From IMG/VR virus record IMGVR_UViG_2541047905_000010: a stretch of 37,360 bases of DNA. One strand, given 5' to 3'. Below are positions 16,208 through 29,822 of the stretch, one piece after another. Under the pieces are notes generated by a model that was given only the letters and a program-made list of their open reading frames with translations, had not been told where the DNA came from and did not search any database. The position numbers and the translations under genes were made by a program. The stretch's first letter is position 1. Each line of letters starts with the position of its first letter. This DNA is from a virus (taxonomy: Duplodnaviria; Heunggongvirae; Uroviricota; Caudoviricetes).

Positions 16208-17290
16208 TTAGAACTGGTAAACCAGACCTACAGCGACGATGTCGTCGGTATCAATATCAGCTGTTTTGGTAAACTTACTATCGTCAATTAAGTTGATTTT
16301 GTAATCAACAAAAGTGGACATGTTTTTATTAAAGTAGTAAGTAGCACCGACATCGACATACTTGACTAAGTCTCGGTCACCATGAACACCAAGGTCTTTA
16401 CCTTTTGACTGAAGGTAAGCAACAGATGGGCGCAGACCGAAGTCAAACTGATATTGTGCTACTGCTTCAAAGTTTTGTGCTTTGTTTGCAATATGGTTAT
16501 TACCAAAAACGGTCATATTCTGAGTTTCAGAATATGTGGTAGCCAGATAGATATTGTTCGCATCATATTTCAGGCCTGCAGCCCATACTTCCGCATTTTT
16601 GCCGGAGGCATTGAATTTGCTCTTACCATAGGCGACCTGACCGTCAGTGCGATCTGATTTAGCATAGGTTGCACCCACGCCGAATCCTTCATACTCATAA
16701 GTAGTGGAGAAACCGAAACCATCACCATTGGCTTCAGTTACGTCAGTGCGGTCATTTTTACCCTGATACTGAGCAGCAAAGTTCAGGCCATCGACCAGAC
16801 CAAAGAAGTCGTTGTTACGATAAGTTGCAACACCAGTAGTGCGACCAGTCATGAACACATCTGTTTGGGTCCAGGTATCACCACCGAATTCTGGCAGAAC
16901 GTCAGTCCACGCACCGATGTCGTATGCTACACCGTAGTTACGGCCGTAATCGATTGAGCCGTAATCACCAAATTTCAGGCCTGCAAATGCAAGACGGGTT
17001 TTGTCTTTGGAAGAACCTTGAGATTCAGCGCGGTTGCCTTTGAATTCATATTCCCACTGACCGAAACCAGTCAGTTGATCGTTGATTTGGGTTTCACCTT
17101 TGAAGCCAAGACGGGCATAAGTAGTATCACCATCATCTGCATCATTAGAGGAGAAGTAGTGCTTAGCATTAACTTTCCCGTACAGATCCAGCTTGTTACT
17201 GTCTTTATTATAAATTTCAGCTGCCTGAGCAGACATCGCCATCAGTACTGATGCAGCTACAGCAGAAATTGCCACTGTTAATTTTTTCAT
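16208..17290 (-). CDS. nmpC: Outer-membrane general porin, NmpC/Lc (OmpC/OmpF/PhoE family), intact; lysogenic-conversion moron
   Basis: 360 aa from [23 protein letters not shown] (signal peptide) to C-terminal ...VAVGLVYQF; track ORF adds 20 spurious N-terminal codons. Confidence 0.95.
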   Translation of the reverse strand: MKKLTVAISAVAASVLMAMSAQAAEIYNKDSNKLDLYGKVNAKHYFSSNDADDGDTTYARLGFKGETQINDQLTGFGQWEYEFKGNRAESQGSSKDKTRLAFAGLKFGDYGSIDYGRNYGVAYDIGAWTDVLPEFGGDTWTQTDVFMTGRTTGVATYRNNDFFGLVDGLNFAAQYQGKNDRTDVTEANGDGFGFSTTYEYEGFGVGATYAKSDRTDGQVAYGKSKFNASGKNAEVWAAGLKYDANNIYLATTYSETQNMTVFGNNHIANKAQNFEAVAQYQFDFGLRPSVAYLQSKGKDLGVHGDRDLVKYVDVGATYYFNKNMSTFVDYKINLIDDSKFTKTADIDTDDIVAVGLVYQF

Positions 17291-17717
17291 CGTGAGCCCT
17301 TTTTTTGAACTATTATTAAAAAATGATGTCACTGCGCGATAAATATTCATCTAATCAATGTGATTATTTCAAGATGTAAGTTTTGGTTTCTCGTTTGATT
17401 TGTGAAGTAGATCTCTATTTTTATCTGAACTTTTTTCTATCGAATCCTATTCATGGCTCTTGGCTGAATAAAAATAAATCTATTAGCCAATTTATATTAA
17501 TGGCTGTTATTTATAAGTGCTCTATAATTTGAAGGTTCAATTTAAATCGGCTAAAAATAACGCTGGAAATTATTTGTTGGTTATTTGTTGAGATTTGCTT
17601 ATGTATTTGTAGTGGTGTTTTCAATACTCGGTAGCATTCTCGCAAATATCATTTAGTGGTTTACGTACGTAAAAAATTGGTTATGCTGTTAAGAGTGGTT
17701 ACTTCGTCACACAGCTT

Positions 17718-17750
17718 AAACCCGCCGTCGAGCGGGTTTTTCCATTTTTT
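17718..17750 (+). terminator. Intrinsic terminator upstream of the lysis cassette (candidate tR')
   Basis: aaacccgc-cgtcga-gcgggttt followed by ttccatttttt on the plus strand, 113 bp before the holin start. Confidence 0.5.
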
Positions 17751-17862
17751 GAGTCTCGATATTAGCTGATAACCCAATACCTGAGTTATTCACTGACTCC
17801 GAGTCTGTTACGTTTCGTAGTATTCCCTCAATTTACACCCGCTTTGTCTGCGAGGTGGGGTT

Positions 17863-18078
17863 ATGAAATCCATGGATAAGTTAACAACGGGTGTCGCCTA
17901 TGGCACCTCAGCAGGTAGTGCCGGGTACTGGTTTTTACAGCTGCTAGATAAAGTCACGCCCTCACAGTGGGCGGCAATTGGAGTGCTGGGTAGCCTGGTA
18001 TTTGGCCTGCTGACGTACCTGACAAACCTTTATTTCAAGATTAAAGAAGATAAGCGCAAGGCTGCGAGAGGTGAATAA
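17863..18078 (+). CDS. S: Holin, phage-21 S-type pinholin with dual start (MKSM)
   Basis: 71 aa; Met1-Lys-Ser-Met4 dual-start motif; two transmembrane segments; C-terminal [13 protein letters not shown]. Confidence 0.9.
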
Positions 18079-18575
18079 TGCCTCCATCATTACGAAAAGC
18101 CGTTGCTGCTGCTATTGGTGGCGGAGCAATTGCTATAGCATCAGTGTTAATTACTGGCCCAAGTGGTAACGATGGTCTGGAAGGTGTCAGCTACATACCA
18201 TACAAAGATATTGTTGGTGTATGGACTGTATGTCACGGGCATACAGGAAAAGACATCATGCTCGGTAAAACGTATACCAAAGCAGAATGCAAAGCACTCT
18301 TGAATAAAGACCTTGCCACTGTCGCCAGACAAATTAACCCGTACATCAAAGTCGATATACCGGAAACAACGCGCGGCGCTCTTTACTCATTCGTTTACAA
18401 CGTGGGTGCTGGCAATTTCAGAACATCGACGCTTCTTCGCAAAATAAACCAGGGCGATATCAAAGGCGCATGTGATCAGCTACGTCGCTGGACATATGCT
18501 GGCGGTAAGCAATGGAAAGGTCTCATGACTCGTCGTGAGATTGAGCGTGAAATCTGTTTGTGGGGTCAGCAATGA
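18078..18575 (+). CDS. R: SAR endolysin (GH24 lysozyme with N-terminal signal-anchor-release domain)
   Basis: 165 aa; hydrophobic Gly/Ala-rich N-terminus [20 protein letters not shown] followed by a catalytic region with an E...D...T lysozyme pattern. Confidence 0.9.
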   Translation: MPPSLRKAVAAAIGGGAIAIASVLITGPSGNDGLEGVSYIPYKDIVGVWTVCHGHTGKDIMLGKTYTKAECKALLNKDLATVARQINPYIKVDIPETTRGALYSFVYNVGAGNFRTSTLLRKINQGDIKGACDQLRRWTYAGGKQWKGLMTRREIEREICLWGQQ

Positions 18576-19033
18576 ACAGAGTAACCGCGATTATCTCCGC
18601 TCTGGTTATCTGCATCATCGTCTGCCTGTCATGGGCTGTTAATCATTACCGTGATAACGCCATTACCTACAAAGCCCAGCGCGACAAAAATGCCAGAGAA
18701 CTGAAGCTGGCGAACGCAACCATTACTGATATGCAGGTGCGCCAGCGCGATGTTGCTGCGCTCGATGCAAAATACACGAAGGAGTTAGCTGATGCGAAAG
18801 CTGAAAATGATGCTCTGCGTGATGATGTTGCCGCTGGTCGTCGTCGGTTGCACATCAAAGCAGTCTGTCAGTCAGTGCGTGAAGCCACCACCGCCTCCGG
18901 CGTGGATAATGCAGCCTCCCCCCGACTGGCAGACACCGCTGAACGGGATTATTTCACCCTCAGAGAGAGGCTGATCACTATGCAAAAACAACTGGAAGGA
19001 ACCCAGAAGTATATTAATGAGCAGTGCAGATAG
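18572..19033 (+). CDS. Rz: Rz i-spanin
   Basis: Start overlaps the endolysin stop (ATGA); N-terminal transmembrane segment then coiled-coil periplasmic domain. Confidence 0.85.
   Translation: MNRVTAIISALVICIIVCLSWAVNHYRDNAITYKAQRDKNARELKLANATITDMQVRQRDVAALDAKYTKELADAKAENDALRDDVAAGRRRLHIKAVCQSVREATTASGVDNAASPRLADTAERDYFTLRERLITMQKQLEGTQKYINEQCR
18792..18974 (+). CDS. Rz1: Rz1 o-spanin lipoprotein, embedded in Rz in the +1 frame
   Basis: 60 aa; [20 protein letters not shown] lipobox then proline-rich [15 protein letters not shown]; entirely inside Rz. Confidence 0.85.
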   Translation: MRKLKMMLCVMMLPLVVVGCTSKQSVSQCVKPPPPPAWIMQPPPDWQTPLNGIISPSERG

Positions 19034-19064
19034 AGCTGCCCATATCGATGGGCAACTCATGCAA

Positions 19065-19358
19065 TTATTGTGAGCAATACACACGCGCTTCCAGCGGAGT
19101 ATAAATGCCTAAAGTAATAAAACCGAGAAATCCATTTACGAATGTTTGCTGGGTTTCTGTTTTAACAACATTTTCTGCGCCGCCACAAATTTTGGCTGCA
19201 TCAACAGTTTTCTCCTGTCCAATTCCCGAAACGAAGAAATGATGGGTGATGGTTTCCTTTGGTGTTACTGCTGTCGGTTTGTTTCCAACAGTAAACGTCT
19301 GTTGAGCACATCCTGTAATAAGCATTGCCAGAGCGGCAGAAAACAACATTTTTTTCAT
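19065..19358 (-). CDS. bor: Bor lipoprotein (serum-resistance factor), 97 aa
   Basis: MKKMLFSAALAMLITGCAQQTFTV...EARVYCSQ matches lambda Bor from memory; track ORF has a 16-codon spurious extension. Confidence 0.92.
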   Translation of the reverse strand: MKKMLFSAALAMLITGCAQQTFTVGNKPTAVTPKETITHHFFVSGIGQEKTVDAAKICGGAENVVKTETQQTFVNGFLGFITLGIYTPLEARVYCSQ

Positions 19359-19719
19359 CTTATTATCCTGCATTGTTAAAAACGGCAGAATCCTATGTGA
19401 CAACAATTAAACGATAGTTAAATGGATTGATGAAAATTAAAACTATATAGGTGGATGCTCAGCCTATTGGAGGAGGGGGGGGCACTCAGAATCCTGTGGA
19501 ATGAAATAAACCGCTCTATCTGTCCATTACCCTTTTAGCTGCGCTGTATCGTCGCCGTATTCCCGCATTAACCATGACCGTAGCCCGACGGGGAATTCCT
19601 TCTGCGTGAGTGTGCGGGAATAATCAAAAACGATGCACACCGGGTTTTACTGTGCTGACAGACGCAGGGTTACCCTCATAGTCGCTTTTCCGGTGCGATG
19701 GTGGAAGAAACCGGGATGT

Positions 19720-19914
19720 TCATCCATCATCACTTTGGATTGATGTATATGCTCTCTTTTCTGACGTTAGTCTCCGACGGCAGGCTTCAATGACCCAGGC
19801 TGAGAAATTCCCGGACCCTTTTTGCTCAAGAGCGATGTTAATTTGTTCAATCATTTGGTTAGGAAAGCGGATGTTGCGGGTTGTTGTTCTGCGGGTTCTG
19901 TTCTTCGTTGACAT
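19720..19914 (-). CDS. Hypothetical 64-aa basic protein of the lambda right end
   Basis: ORF located between bor and cos, as in lambda; function unknown. Confidence 0.5.
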   Translation of the reverse strand: MSTKNRTRRTTTRNIRFPNQMIEQINIALEQKGSGNFSAWVIEACRRRLTSEKRAYTSIQSDDG

Positions 19915-20113
19915 GAGGTTGCCCCGTATTCAGTGTCGCTGATTTGTATTGTCTGAAGTTGTTTTTACGTTAAGTTGATGCAGATCAATTAATACGATAC
20001 CTGCGTCATAATTGATTATTTGACGTGGTTTGATGGCGTAGATGCACGTTGTGACATGTAGATGATAATTATTATCATTTTGCGGGTCCTTTCCGGCGAT
20101 CCGACAGGTTACG

Positions 20114-20125
20114 GGGCGGCGACCT
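20114..20125. other. cos: cos cohesive-end site (cosN; 12-nt overhang GGGCGGCGACCT), with cosB/cosQ flanks
   Basis: ccgacaggttacg|GGGCGGCGACCT|cgtgggttttcgctatttatgaaaattttcc matches the lambda cos region from memory; immediately upstream of nu1. Confidence 0.88.
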
Positions 20126-20302
20126 CGTGGGTTTTCGCTATTTATGAAAATTTTCCGGCTTAAGGCGTTTCCGTTCTTCTTCGCCGTAACTTCATGTTTT
20201 TATTTAAAACACCCCCTAAAAAGAAAGGAAACGACAGGTGCTGAAAACGGGCTTTTTGGCCTCTGTCGTTTCCTTTCTCTGTTTTTGGCCGTGGAATGAA
20301 CA

Positions 20303-20822
20303 ATGGAAGTCAACAAAAAGCAGCTGGCTGACATTTTCGGTGCGAGTATCCGTACCATTCAGAACTGGCAGGAACAGGGAATGCCCGTTCTGCGAGGCGG
20401 TGGCAAGGGTAATGAGGTGCTTTATGACTCTGCCGCCGTTATAAAATGGTATGCCGAAAGGGATGCTGAAATTGAGAACGAAAAGCTGCGCCGGGAGGTT
20501 GAAGAACTGCGGCAGGCCCGCGAGGCAGATCTCCAGCCAGGGACTATTGAGTACGAACGCCATCGACTTACGCGTGCGCAGGCCGACGCACAGGAACTGA
20601 AGAATGCCAGAGACTCCGCTGAAGTGGTGGAAACCGCATTCTGTACTTTCGTGCTGTCGCGGATCGCAGGTGAAATTGCCAGTATTCTCGACGGGATCCC
20701 CCTGTCGGTGCAGCGGCGTTTTCCGGAACTGGAAAACCGACATGTTGATTTCCTGAAACGGGATATCATCAAAGCCATGAACAAAGCAGCCGCGCTGGAT
20801 GAACTGATACCGGGGTTGCTGA

Positions 20823-20848
<26 letters not shown>
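20303..20848 (+). CDS. nu1: Terminase small subunit Nu1 (181 aa)
   Basis: MEVNKKQLADIFGASIRTIQNWQEQGMPVLRGGGKGNEVLYD... Confidence 0.97.
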
Positions 20849-24529
<3,681 letters not shown>

Positions 24530-24549
<20 letters not shown>

Positions 24550-25849
24550 TCTCCCGCATATTGCCAGCATGGCCTTTAATGAGCCGCTGATGCTTGAACC
24601 CGCCTATGCGCGGGTTTTCTTTTGTGCGCTTGCAGGCCAGCTTGGGATCAGCCGCCTGACGGATGCGGTGTCCGGTGACAGCCTGACTGCCGGAGAGGCA
24701 CCCGCGACGCTGGCGTTATCCGTTAATGATGACGGACCACGACAGGCCCGCAGTTATCAGGTCATGAATGGCATCGCCGTGCTGCCGGTTTCCGGCACGC
24801 TGGTCAGCCGGACGCGGGCGCTGCAGCCGTATTCGGGGATGACCGGTTACAACGGCATTATCGCCCGTCTGCAACAGGCTGCCAGTGACCCGATGGTGGA
24901 CGGCATTCTGCTGGATATGGACACGCCAGGCGGAATGGTGGCGGGGGCATTTGACTGCGCTGACATCATCGCCCGTGTGCGTGACATAAAACCGGTATGG
25001 GCGCTGGCCAACGACATGAACTGCAGTGCAGGTCAGCTGCTTGCCAGTGCCGCCTCCCGGCGTCTGGTCACGCAGACCGCCCGGACAGGCTCCATCGGCG
25101 TCATGATGGCTCACAGTAATTACGGTGCTGCCCTGGAGAAACAGGGTGTGGAAATCACGCTGATTTACAGCGGCAGCCATAAGGTGGATGGCAATCCCTA
25201 CAGCCATCTTCCGGATGACGTCCGGGAGACACTGCAGTCCCGGATGGACGCAACCCGCCAGATGTTTGCGCAGAAGGTGTCGGCATATACCGGCCTGTCT
25301 GTGCAGGCTGTGCTGGATACCGAGGCTGCAGTGTACAGCGGTCAGGAGGCCATTGATGCCGGACTGGCTGATGAACTTGTTAACAGCACCGATGCGATCA
25401 CCGTCATGCGTGATGCACTGGATGCGCGTAAATCCCGTCTCTCAGGAGGGCGAATGACCAAAGAGACTCAATCAACAACTGTTTCAGCCACTGCTTCGCA
25501 GGCTGACGTTACTGACGTGGTGCCAGCGACGGAGGGCGAAAACGCCAGCGCGGCGCAGCCGGACGTGAACGCGCAGATCACCGCAGCGGTTGCGGCAGAA
25601 AACAGCCGCATTATGGGGATCCTCAACTGTGAGGAGGCTCACGGACGCGAAGAACAGGCGCGCGTTCTGGCAGAAACCCCCGGAATGACCGTGGAAACGG
25701 CCCGCCGCATTCTGGCTGCAGCACCACAGAGTGCACAGGCGCGCAGTGACACTGCGCTGGATCGTCTGATGCAGGGGGCACCGGCACCGCTGGCTGCAGG
25801 TAACCCGGCATCTGATGCCGTTAACGATTTGCTGAACACACCAGTGTAA
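24530..25849 (+). CDS. C: Head maturation protease C (439 aa, GTG start)
   Basis: VTAELRNLPHIASMAFNEPLMLEPAYARVFF...; ClpP/S49-like protease region; track ORF begins upstream inside B. Confidence 0.93.
25244..25849 (+). CDS. nu3: Scaffolding protein Nu3 (in-frame internal start within C)
   Basis: In-frame ATG (MDATRQMF...) in the C-terminal third of C, as in lambda. Confidence 0.65.
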   Translation: MDATRQMFAQKVSAYTGLSVQAVLDTEAAVYSGQEAIDAGLADELVNSTDAITVMRDALDARKSRLSGGRMTKETQSTTVSATASQADVTDVVPATEGENASAAQPDVNAQITAAVAAENSRIMGILNCEEAHGREEQARVLAETPGMTVETARRILAAAPQSAQARSDTALDRLMQGAPAPLAAGNPASDAVNDLLNTPV

Positions 25850-25858
25850 GGGATGTTT

Positions 25859-26191
25859 ATGACGAGCAAAGAAACCTTTACCCATTACCAGCCGCTGGGC
25901 AACAGTGACCCGGCTCATACCGCAACCGCGCCCGGCGGATTGAGTGCGAAAGCGCCTGCAATGACCCCGCTGATGCTGGACACCTCCACCCGTAAGCTGG
26001 TTGCGTGGGATGGCACCACCGACGGTGCTGCCGTTGGCATTCTGGCGGTTGCTGCTGACCAGACCAGCACCACGCTGACGTTCTACAAGTCCGGCACGTT
26101 CCGTTATGAGGATGTGCTCTGGCCGGAGGCTGCCAGCGACGAGACGAAAAAACGGACCGCGTTTGCCGGAACGGCAATCAGCATCGTTTAA
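25859..26191 (+). CDS. D: Head decoration protein D (110 aa)
   Basis: [43 protein letters not shown]... Confidence 0.96.
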   Translation: MTSKETFTHYQPLGNSDPAHTATAPGGLSAKAPAMTPLMLDTSTRKLVAWDGTTDGAAVGILAVAADQTSTTLTFYKSGTFRYEDVLWPEAASDETKKRTAFAGTAISIV

Positions 26192-26211
26192 CTTTACCCT
26201 TCATCACTAAA

Positions 26212-26233
26212 GGCCGCCTGTGCGGCTTTTTTT
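26212..26233 (+). terminator. Hairpin + T-run between D and E (terminator-like attenuator)
   Basis: ggccgc-ctgt-gcggc followed by ttttttt. Confidence 0.4.
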
Positions 26234-26246
26234 ACGGGATTTTTTT

Positions 26247-27272
26247 ATGTCGATGTACACAACCGCCCAGCTGCTGGCGGCAAATGAGCAGAAATTTAAG
26301 TTTGATCCGCTGTTTCTGCGTCTCTTTTTCCGTGAGAGCTATCCCTTCACTACGGAGAAAGTCTATCTCTCACAAATTCCGGGACTGGTAAACATGGCGC
26401 TGTACGTTTCGCCGATTGTTTCCGGTGAGGTTATCCGTTCCCGTGGCGGCTCCACCTCTGAATTTACGCCGGGATATGTCAAGCCGAAGCATGAAGTGAA
26501 TCCGCAGATGACCCTGCGTCGCCTGCCGGATGAAGATCCGCAGAATCTGGCGGACCCGGCTTACCGCCGCCGTCGCATCATCATGCAGAACATGCGTGAC
26601 GAAGAGCTGGCCATTGCTCAGGTCGAAGAGATGCAGGCAGTTTCTGCCGTGCTTAAGGGCAAATACACCATGACCGGTGAAGCCTTCGATCCGGTTGAGG
26701 TGGATATGGGCCGCAGTGAGGAGAATAACATCACGCAGTCCGGCGGCACGGAGTGGAGCAAGCGTGACAAGTCCACGTATGACCCGACCGACGATATCGA
26801 AGCCTACGCGCTGAACGCCAGCGGTGTGGTGAATATCATCGTGTTCGATCCGAAAGGCTGGGCGCTGTTCCGTTCCTTCAAAGCCGTCAAGGAGAAGCTG
26901 GATACCCGTCGCGGCTCTAATTCCGAGCTGGAGACAGCGGTAAAAGACCTGGGCGAAGCGGTGTCCTATAAGGGAATGTATGGCGATACGGCGATCGTCG
27001 TGTATTCCGGACAGTACGTGGAAAACGACGTCAAAAAGAACTTCCTGCCGGACAACACGATGGTGCTGGGGAACACTCAGGCACGCGGTCTGCGCACCTA
27101 TGGCTGCATTCAGGATGCGGACGCACAGCGCGAAGGTATTAACGCCTCTGCCCGCTACCCGAAAAACTGGGTGACCACCGGCGATCCGGCGCGTGAGTTC
27201 ACCATGATTCAGTCAGCACCGCTGATGCTGCTGGCTGACCCTGATGCGTTCGTGTCCGTACAACTGGCGTAA
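26247..27272 (+). CDS. E: Major capsid protein E (341 aa)
   Basis: MSMYTTAQLLAANEQKFKFDPLFLRLFFRESYPF... Confidence 0.97.
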   Translation: MSMYTTAQLLAANEQKFKFDPLFLRLFFRESYPFTTEKVYLSQIPGLVNMALYVSPIVSGEVIRSRGGSTSEFTPGYVKPKHEVNPQMTLRRLPDEDPQNLADPAYRRRRIIMQNMRDEELAIAQVEEMQAVSAVLKGKYTMTGEAFDPVEVDMGRSEENNITQSGGTEWSKRDKSTYDPTDDIEAYALNASGVVNIIVFDPKGWALFRSFKAVKEKLDTRRGSNSELETAVKDLGEAVSYKGMYGDTAIVVYSGQYVENDVKKNFLPDNTMVLGNTQARGLRTYGCIQDADAQREGINASARYPKNWVTTGDPAREFTMIQSAPLMLLADPDAFVSVQLA

Positions 27273-27274
27273 TC

Positions 27275-27299
27275 ATGGCCCTTCGGGGCCATTTTCTCT
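27275..27299 (+). terminator. UUCG-tetraloop hairpin + U-rich tract between E and FI
   Basis: tggccc-ttcg-gggcca followed by ttttctctc, 3 nt after the E stop. Confidence 0.4.
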
Positions 27300-27313
27300 C
27301 TGTGGAGGAGTCC

Positions 27314-27712
27314 ATGACGAAAGATGAACTGATTGCCCGTCTCCGGTCGCTGGGTGAACAACTGAACCGTGATGTCAGCCTGACGGGGACGAAAGAAGAA
27401 CTGGCGCTCCGTGTGGCAGAGCTGGAAGAGGAGCTTGATGACACGGATGAAACTGCCGGTCAGGACACCCCTCTCAGCCGGGAAAATGTGCTGACCGGAC
27501 ATGAAAATGAGGTGGGATCAGCGCAGCCGGATACCGTGATTCTGGATACGTCTGAACTGGTCACGGTCGTGGCACTGGTGAAGCTGCATACTGATGCACT
27601 TCACGCCACGCGGGATGAACCTGTGGCATTTGTGCTGCCGGGAACGGCGTTTCGTGTCTCTGCCGGTGTGGCAGCCGAAATGACAGAGCGCGGCCTGGCC
27701 AGAATGCAATAA
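27314..27712 (+). CDS. FI: DNA-packaging protein FI (132 aa)
   Basis: MTKDELIARLRSLGEQLNRDVSLTGTKEELALRVAELEEELDD...; GGAGG ribosome-binding site. Confidence 0.95.
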   Translation: MTKDELIARLRSLGEQLNRDVSLTGTKEELALRVAELEEELDDTDETAGQDTPLSRENVLTGHENEVGSAQPDTVILDTSELVTVVALVKLHTDALHATRDEPVAFVLPGTAFRVSAGVAAEMTERGLARMQ

Positions 27713-27723
27713 CGGGAGGCGCT

Positions 27724-28077
27724 GTGGCTGATTTCGATAACCTGTTCGATGCTGCCATTGCCCGCGCCGATGAAACGATACGCGGGTACATGGGAACGTC
27801 AGCCACCATGACATCCGGTGAGCAGTCAGGTGCGGTGATACGTGGTGTTTTTGATGACCCTGAAAATATCAGCTATGCCGGACAGGGCGTGCGCGTTGAA
27901 GGCTCCAGCCCGTCCCTGTTTGTCCGGACTGATGAGGTGCGGCAGCTGCGGCGTGGAGACACGCTGACCATCGGTGAGGAAAATTTCTGGGTAGATCGGG
28001 TTTCGCCGGATGATGGCGGAAGTTGTCATCTCTGGCTTGGACGGGGCGTACCGCCTGCCGTTAACCGTCGCCGCTGA
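27724..28077 (+). CDS. FII: Head-tail connector FII (117 aa)
   Basis: MADFDNLFDAAIARADETIRGYMGTSA... Confidence 0.96.
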   Translation: MADFDNLFDAAIARADETIRGYMGTSATMTSGEQSGAVIRGVFDDPENISYAGQGVRVEGSSPSLFVRTDEVRQLRRGDTLTIGEENFWVDRVSPDDGGSCHLWLGRGVPPAVNRRR

Positions 28078-28088
28078 AAGGGGGATGT

Positions 28089-28667
28089 ATGGCCATAAAA
28101 GGTCTTGAGCAGGCCGTTGAAAACCTCAGCCGTATCAGCAAAACGGCGGTGCCCGGTGCCGCCGCAATGGCCATTAACCGCGTTGCTTCATCCGCGATAT
28201 CGCAGTCTGCGTCACAGGTTGCCCGTGAGACAAAGGTACGCCGGAAACTGGTAAAGGAAAGGGCCAGGCTGAAAAGGGCCACGGTCAAAAATCCGCAGGC
28301 CAGAATCAAAGTTAACCGGGGGGATTTGCCCGTAATCAAGCTGGGTAATGCGCGGGTTGTCCTGTCCCGCCGCAGGCGTCGTAAAAAGGGGCAGCGTTCA
28401 TCCCTGAAAGGTGGCGGCAGCGTGCTTGTGGTGGGTAACCGTCGTATTCCCGGCGCGTTTATTCAGCAACTGAAAAACGGCCGGTGGCATGTTATGCAGC
28501 GTGTGGCCGGGAAAAACCGTTACCCCATTGATGTGGTGAAAATCCCGATGGCGGTGCCGCTGACCACGGCGTTTAAACAGAATATTGAGCGGATACGGCG
28601 TGAACGTCTTCCGAAAGAGCTGGGCTATGCGCTGCAGCATCAACTGAGGATGGTAATAAAGCGATGA
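28089..28667 (+). CDS. Z: Tail completion protein Z (192 aa)
   Basis: 192-aa ORF; lambda gpZ. Confidence 0.95.
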   Translation: MAIKGLEQAVENLSRISKTAVPGAAAMAINRVASSAISQSASQVARETKVRRKLVKERARLKRATVKNPQARIKVNRGDLPVIKLGNARVVLSRRRRRKKGQRSSLKGGGSVLVVGNRRIPGAFIQQLKNGRWHVMQRVAGKNRYPIDVVKIPMAVPLTTAFKQNIERIRRERLPKELGYALQHQLRMVIKR

Positions 28668-29059
28668 AACATACTGAACTCCGTGCAGCCGTACTGGATG
28701 CACTGGAGAAGCATGACACCGGGGCGACGTTTTTTGATGGTCGCCCCGCTGTTTTTGATGAGGCGGATTTTCCGGCAGTTGCCGTTTATCTCACCGGCGC
28801 TGAATACACGGGCGAAGAGCTGGACAGCGATACCTGGCAGGCGGAGCTGCATATCGAAATTTTCCTGCCTGCTCAGGTGCCGGATTCAGAGCTGGATGCG
28901 TGGATGGAGTCCCGGATTTATCCGGTGATGAGCGATATCCCGGCACTGTCAGATTTGATCACCAGTATGGTGGTCAGTGGCTATGACTACCGGCGCGACG
29001 ATGATGCGGGCCTGTGGAGTTCAGCCGATATGACTTATGTCATTACCTATGAAATGTGA
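28664..29059 (+). CDS. U: Tail terminator protein U (131 aa)
   Basis: 131-aa ORF; lambda gpU. Confidence 0.95.
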   Translation: MKHTELRAAVLDALEKHDTGATFFDGRPAVFDEADFPAVAVYLTGAEYTGEELDSDTWQAELHIEIFLPAQVPDSELDAWMESRIYPVMSDIPALSDLITSMVVSGYDYRRDDDAGLWSSADMTYVITYEM

Positions 29060-29066
29060 GGACGCT

Positions 29067-29807
29067 ATGCCTGTACCAAATCCTACAATGCCGGTGAAAG
29101 GTGCCGGGACCACCCTGTGGGTTTATAAGGGGAGCGGTGACCCTTATGCGAATCCGCTTTCAGACGTTGACTGGTCGCGTCTGGCAAAAGTTAAAGACCT
29201 GACGCCCGGCGAACTGACCGCTGAGTCCTATGACGACAGCTATCTCGATGATGAAGATGCAGACTGGACTGCGACCGGGCAGGGGCAGAAATCTGCCGGA
29301 GATACCAGCTTCACGCTGGCGTGGATGCCCGGAGAGCAGGGGCAGCAGGCGCTGCTGGCGTGGTTTAATGAAGGCGATACCCGTGCCTATAAAATCCGCT
29401 TCCCGAACGGCACGGTCGATGTGTTCCGTGGCTGGGTCAGCAGTATCGGTAAGGCGGTGACGGCGAAGGAAGTGATCACCCGCACGGTGAAAGTCACCAA
29501 TGTGGGCCGTCCGTCGATGGCAGAAGATCGCAGCACGGTAACAGCGGCAACCGGCATGACCGTGACGCCTGCCAGCACCTCGGTGGTGAAAGGGCAGAGC
29601 ACCACGCTGACCGTGGCCTTCCAGCCGGAGGGCGTAACCGACAAGAGCTTTCGTGCGGTGTCTGCGGATAAAACAAAAGCCACCGTGTCGGTCAGTGGTA
29701 TGACCATCACCGTGAACGGCGTTGCTGCAGGCAAGGTCAACATTCCGGTTGTATCCGGTAATGGTGAACTTGCTGCGGTTGCAGAAATCACCGTCACCGA
29801 CAGTTAA
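29067..29807 (+). CDS. V: Major tail tube protein V (246 aa)
   Basis: [42 protein letters not shown]...; C-terminal Ig-like domain. Confidence 0.96.
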   Translation: MPVPNPTMPVKGAGTTLWVYKGSGDPYANPLSDVDWSRLAKVKDLTPGELTAESYDDSYLDDEDADWTATGQGQKSAGDTSFTLAWMPGEQGQQALLAWFNEGDTRAYKIRFPNGTVDVFRGWVSSIGKAVTAKEVITRTVKVTNVGRPSMAEDRSTVTAATGMTVTPASTSVVKGQSTTLTVAFQPEGVTDKSFRAVSADKTKATVSVSGMTITVNGVAAGKVNIPVVSGNGELAAVAEITVTDS

Positions 29808-29822
29808 TCCGGAGAGTCAGCG

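Noticed and set aside
16019-17862. Shiga toxin or other toxin cargo in the Q-S slot
   Set aside because: The only gene here is the porin; no AB5 toxin-like ORFs and no tRNA genes are present.
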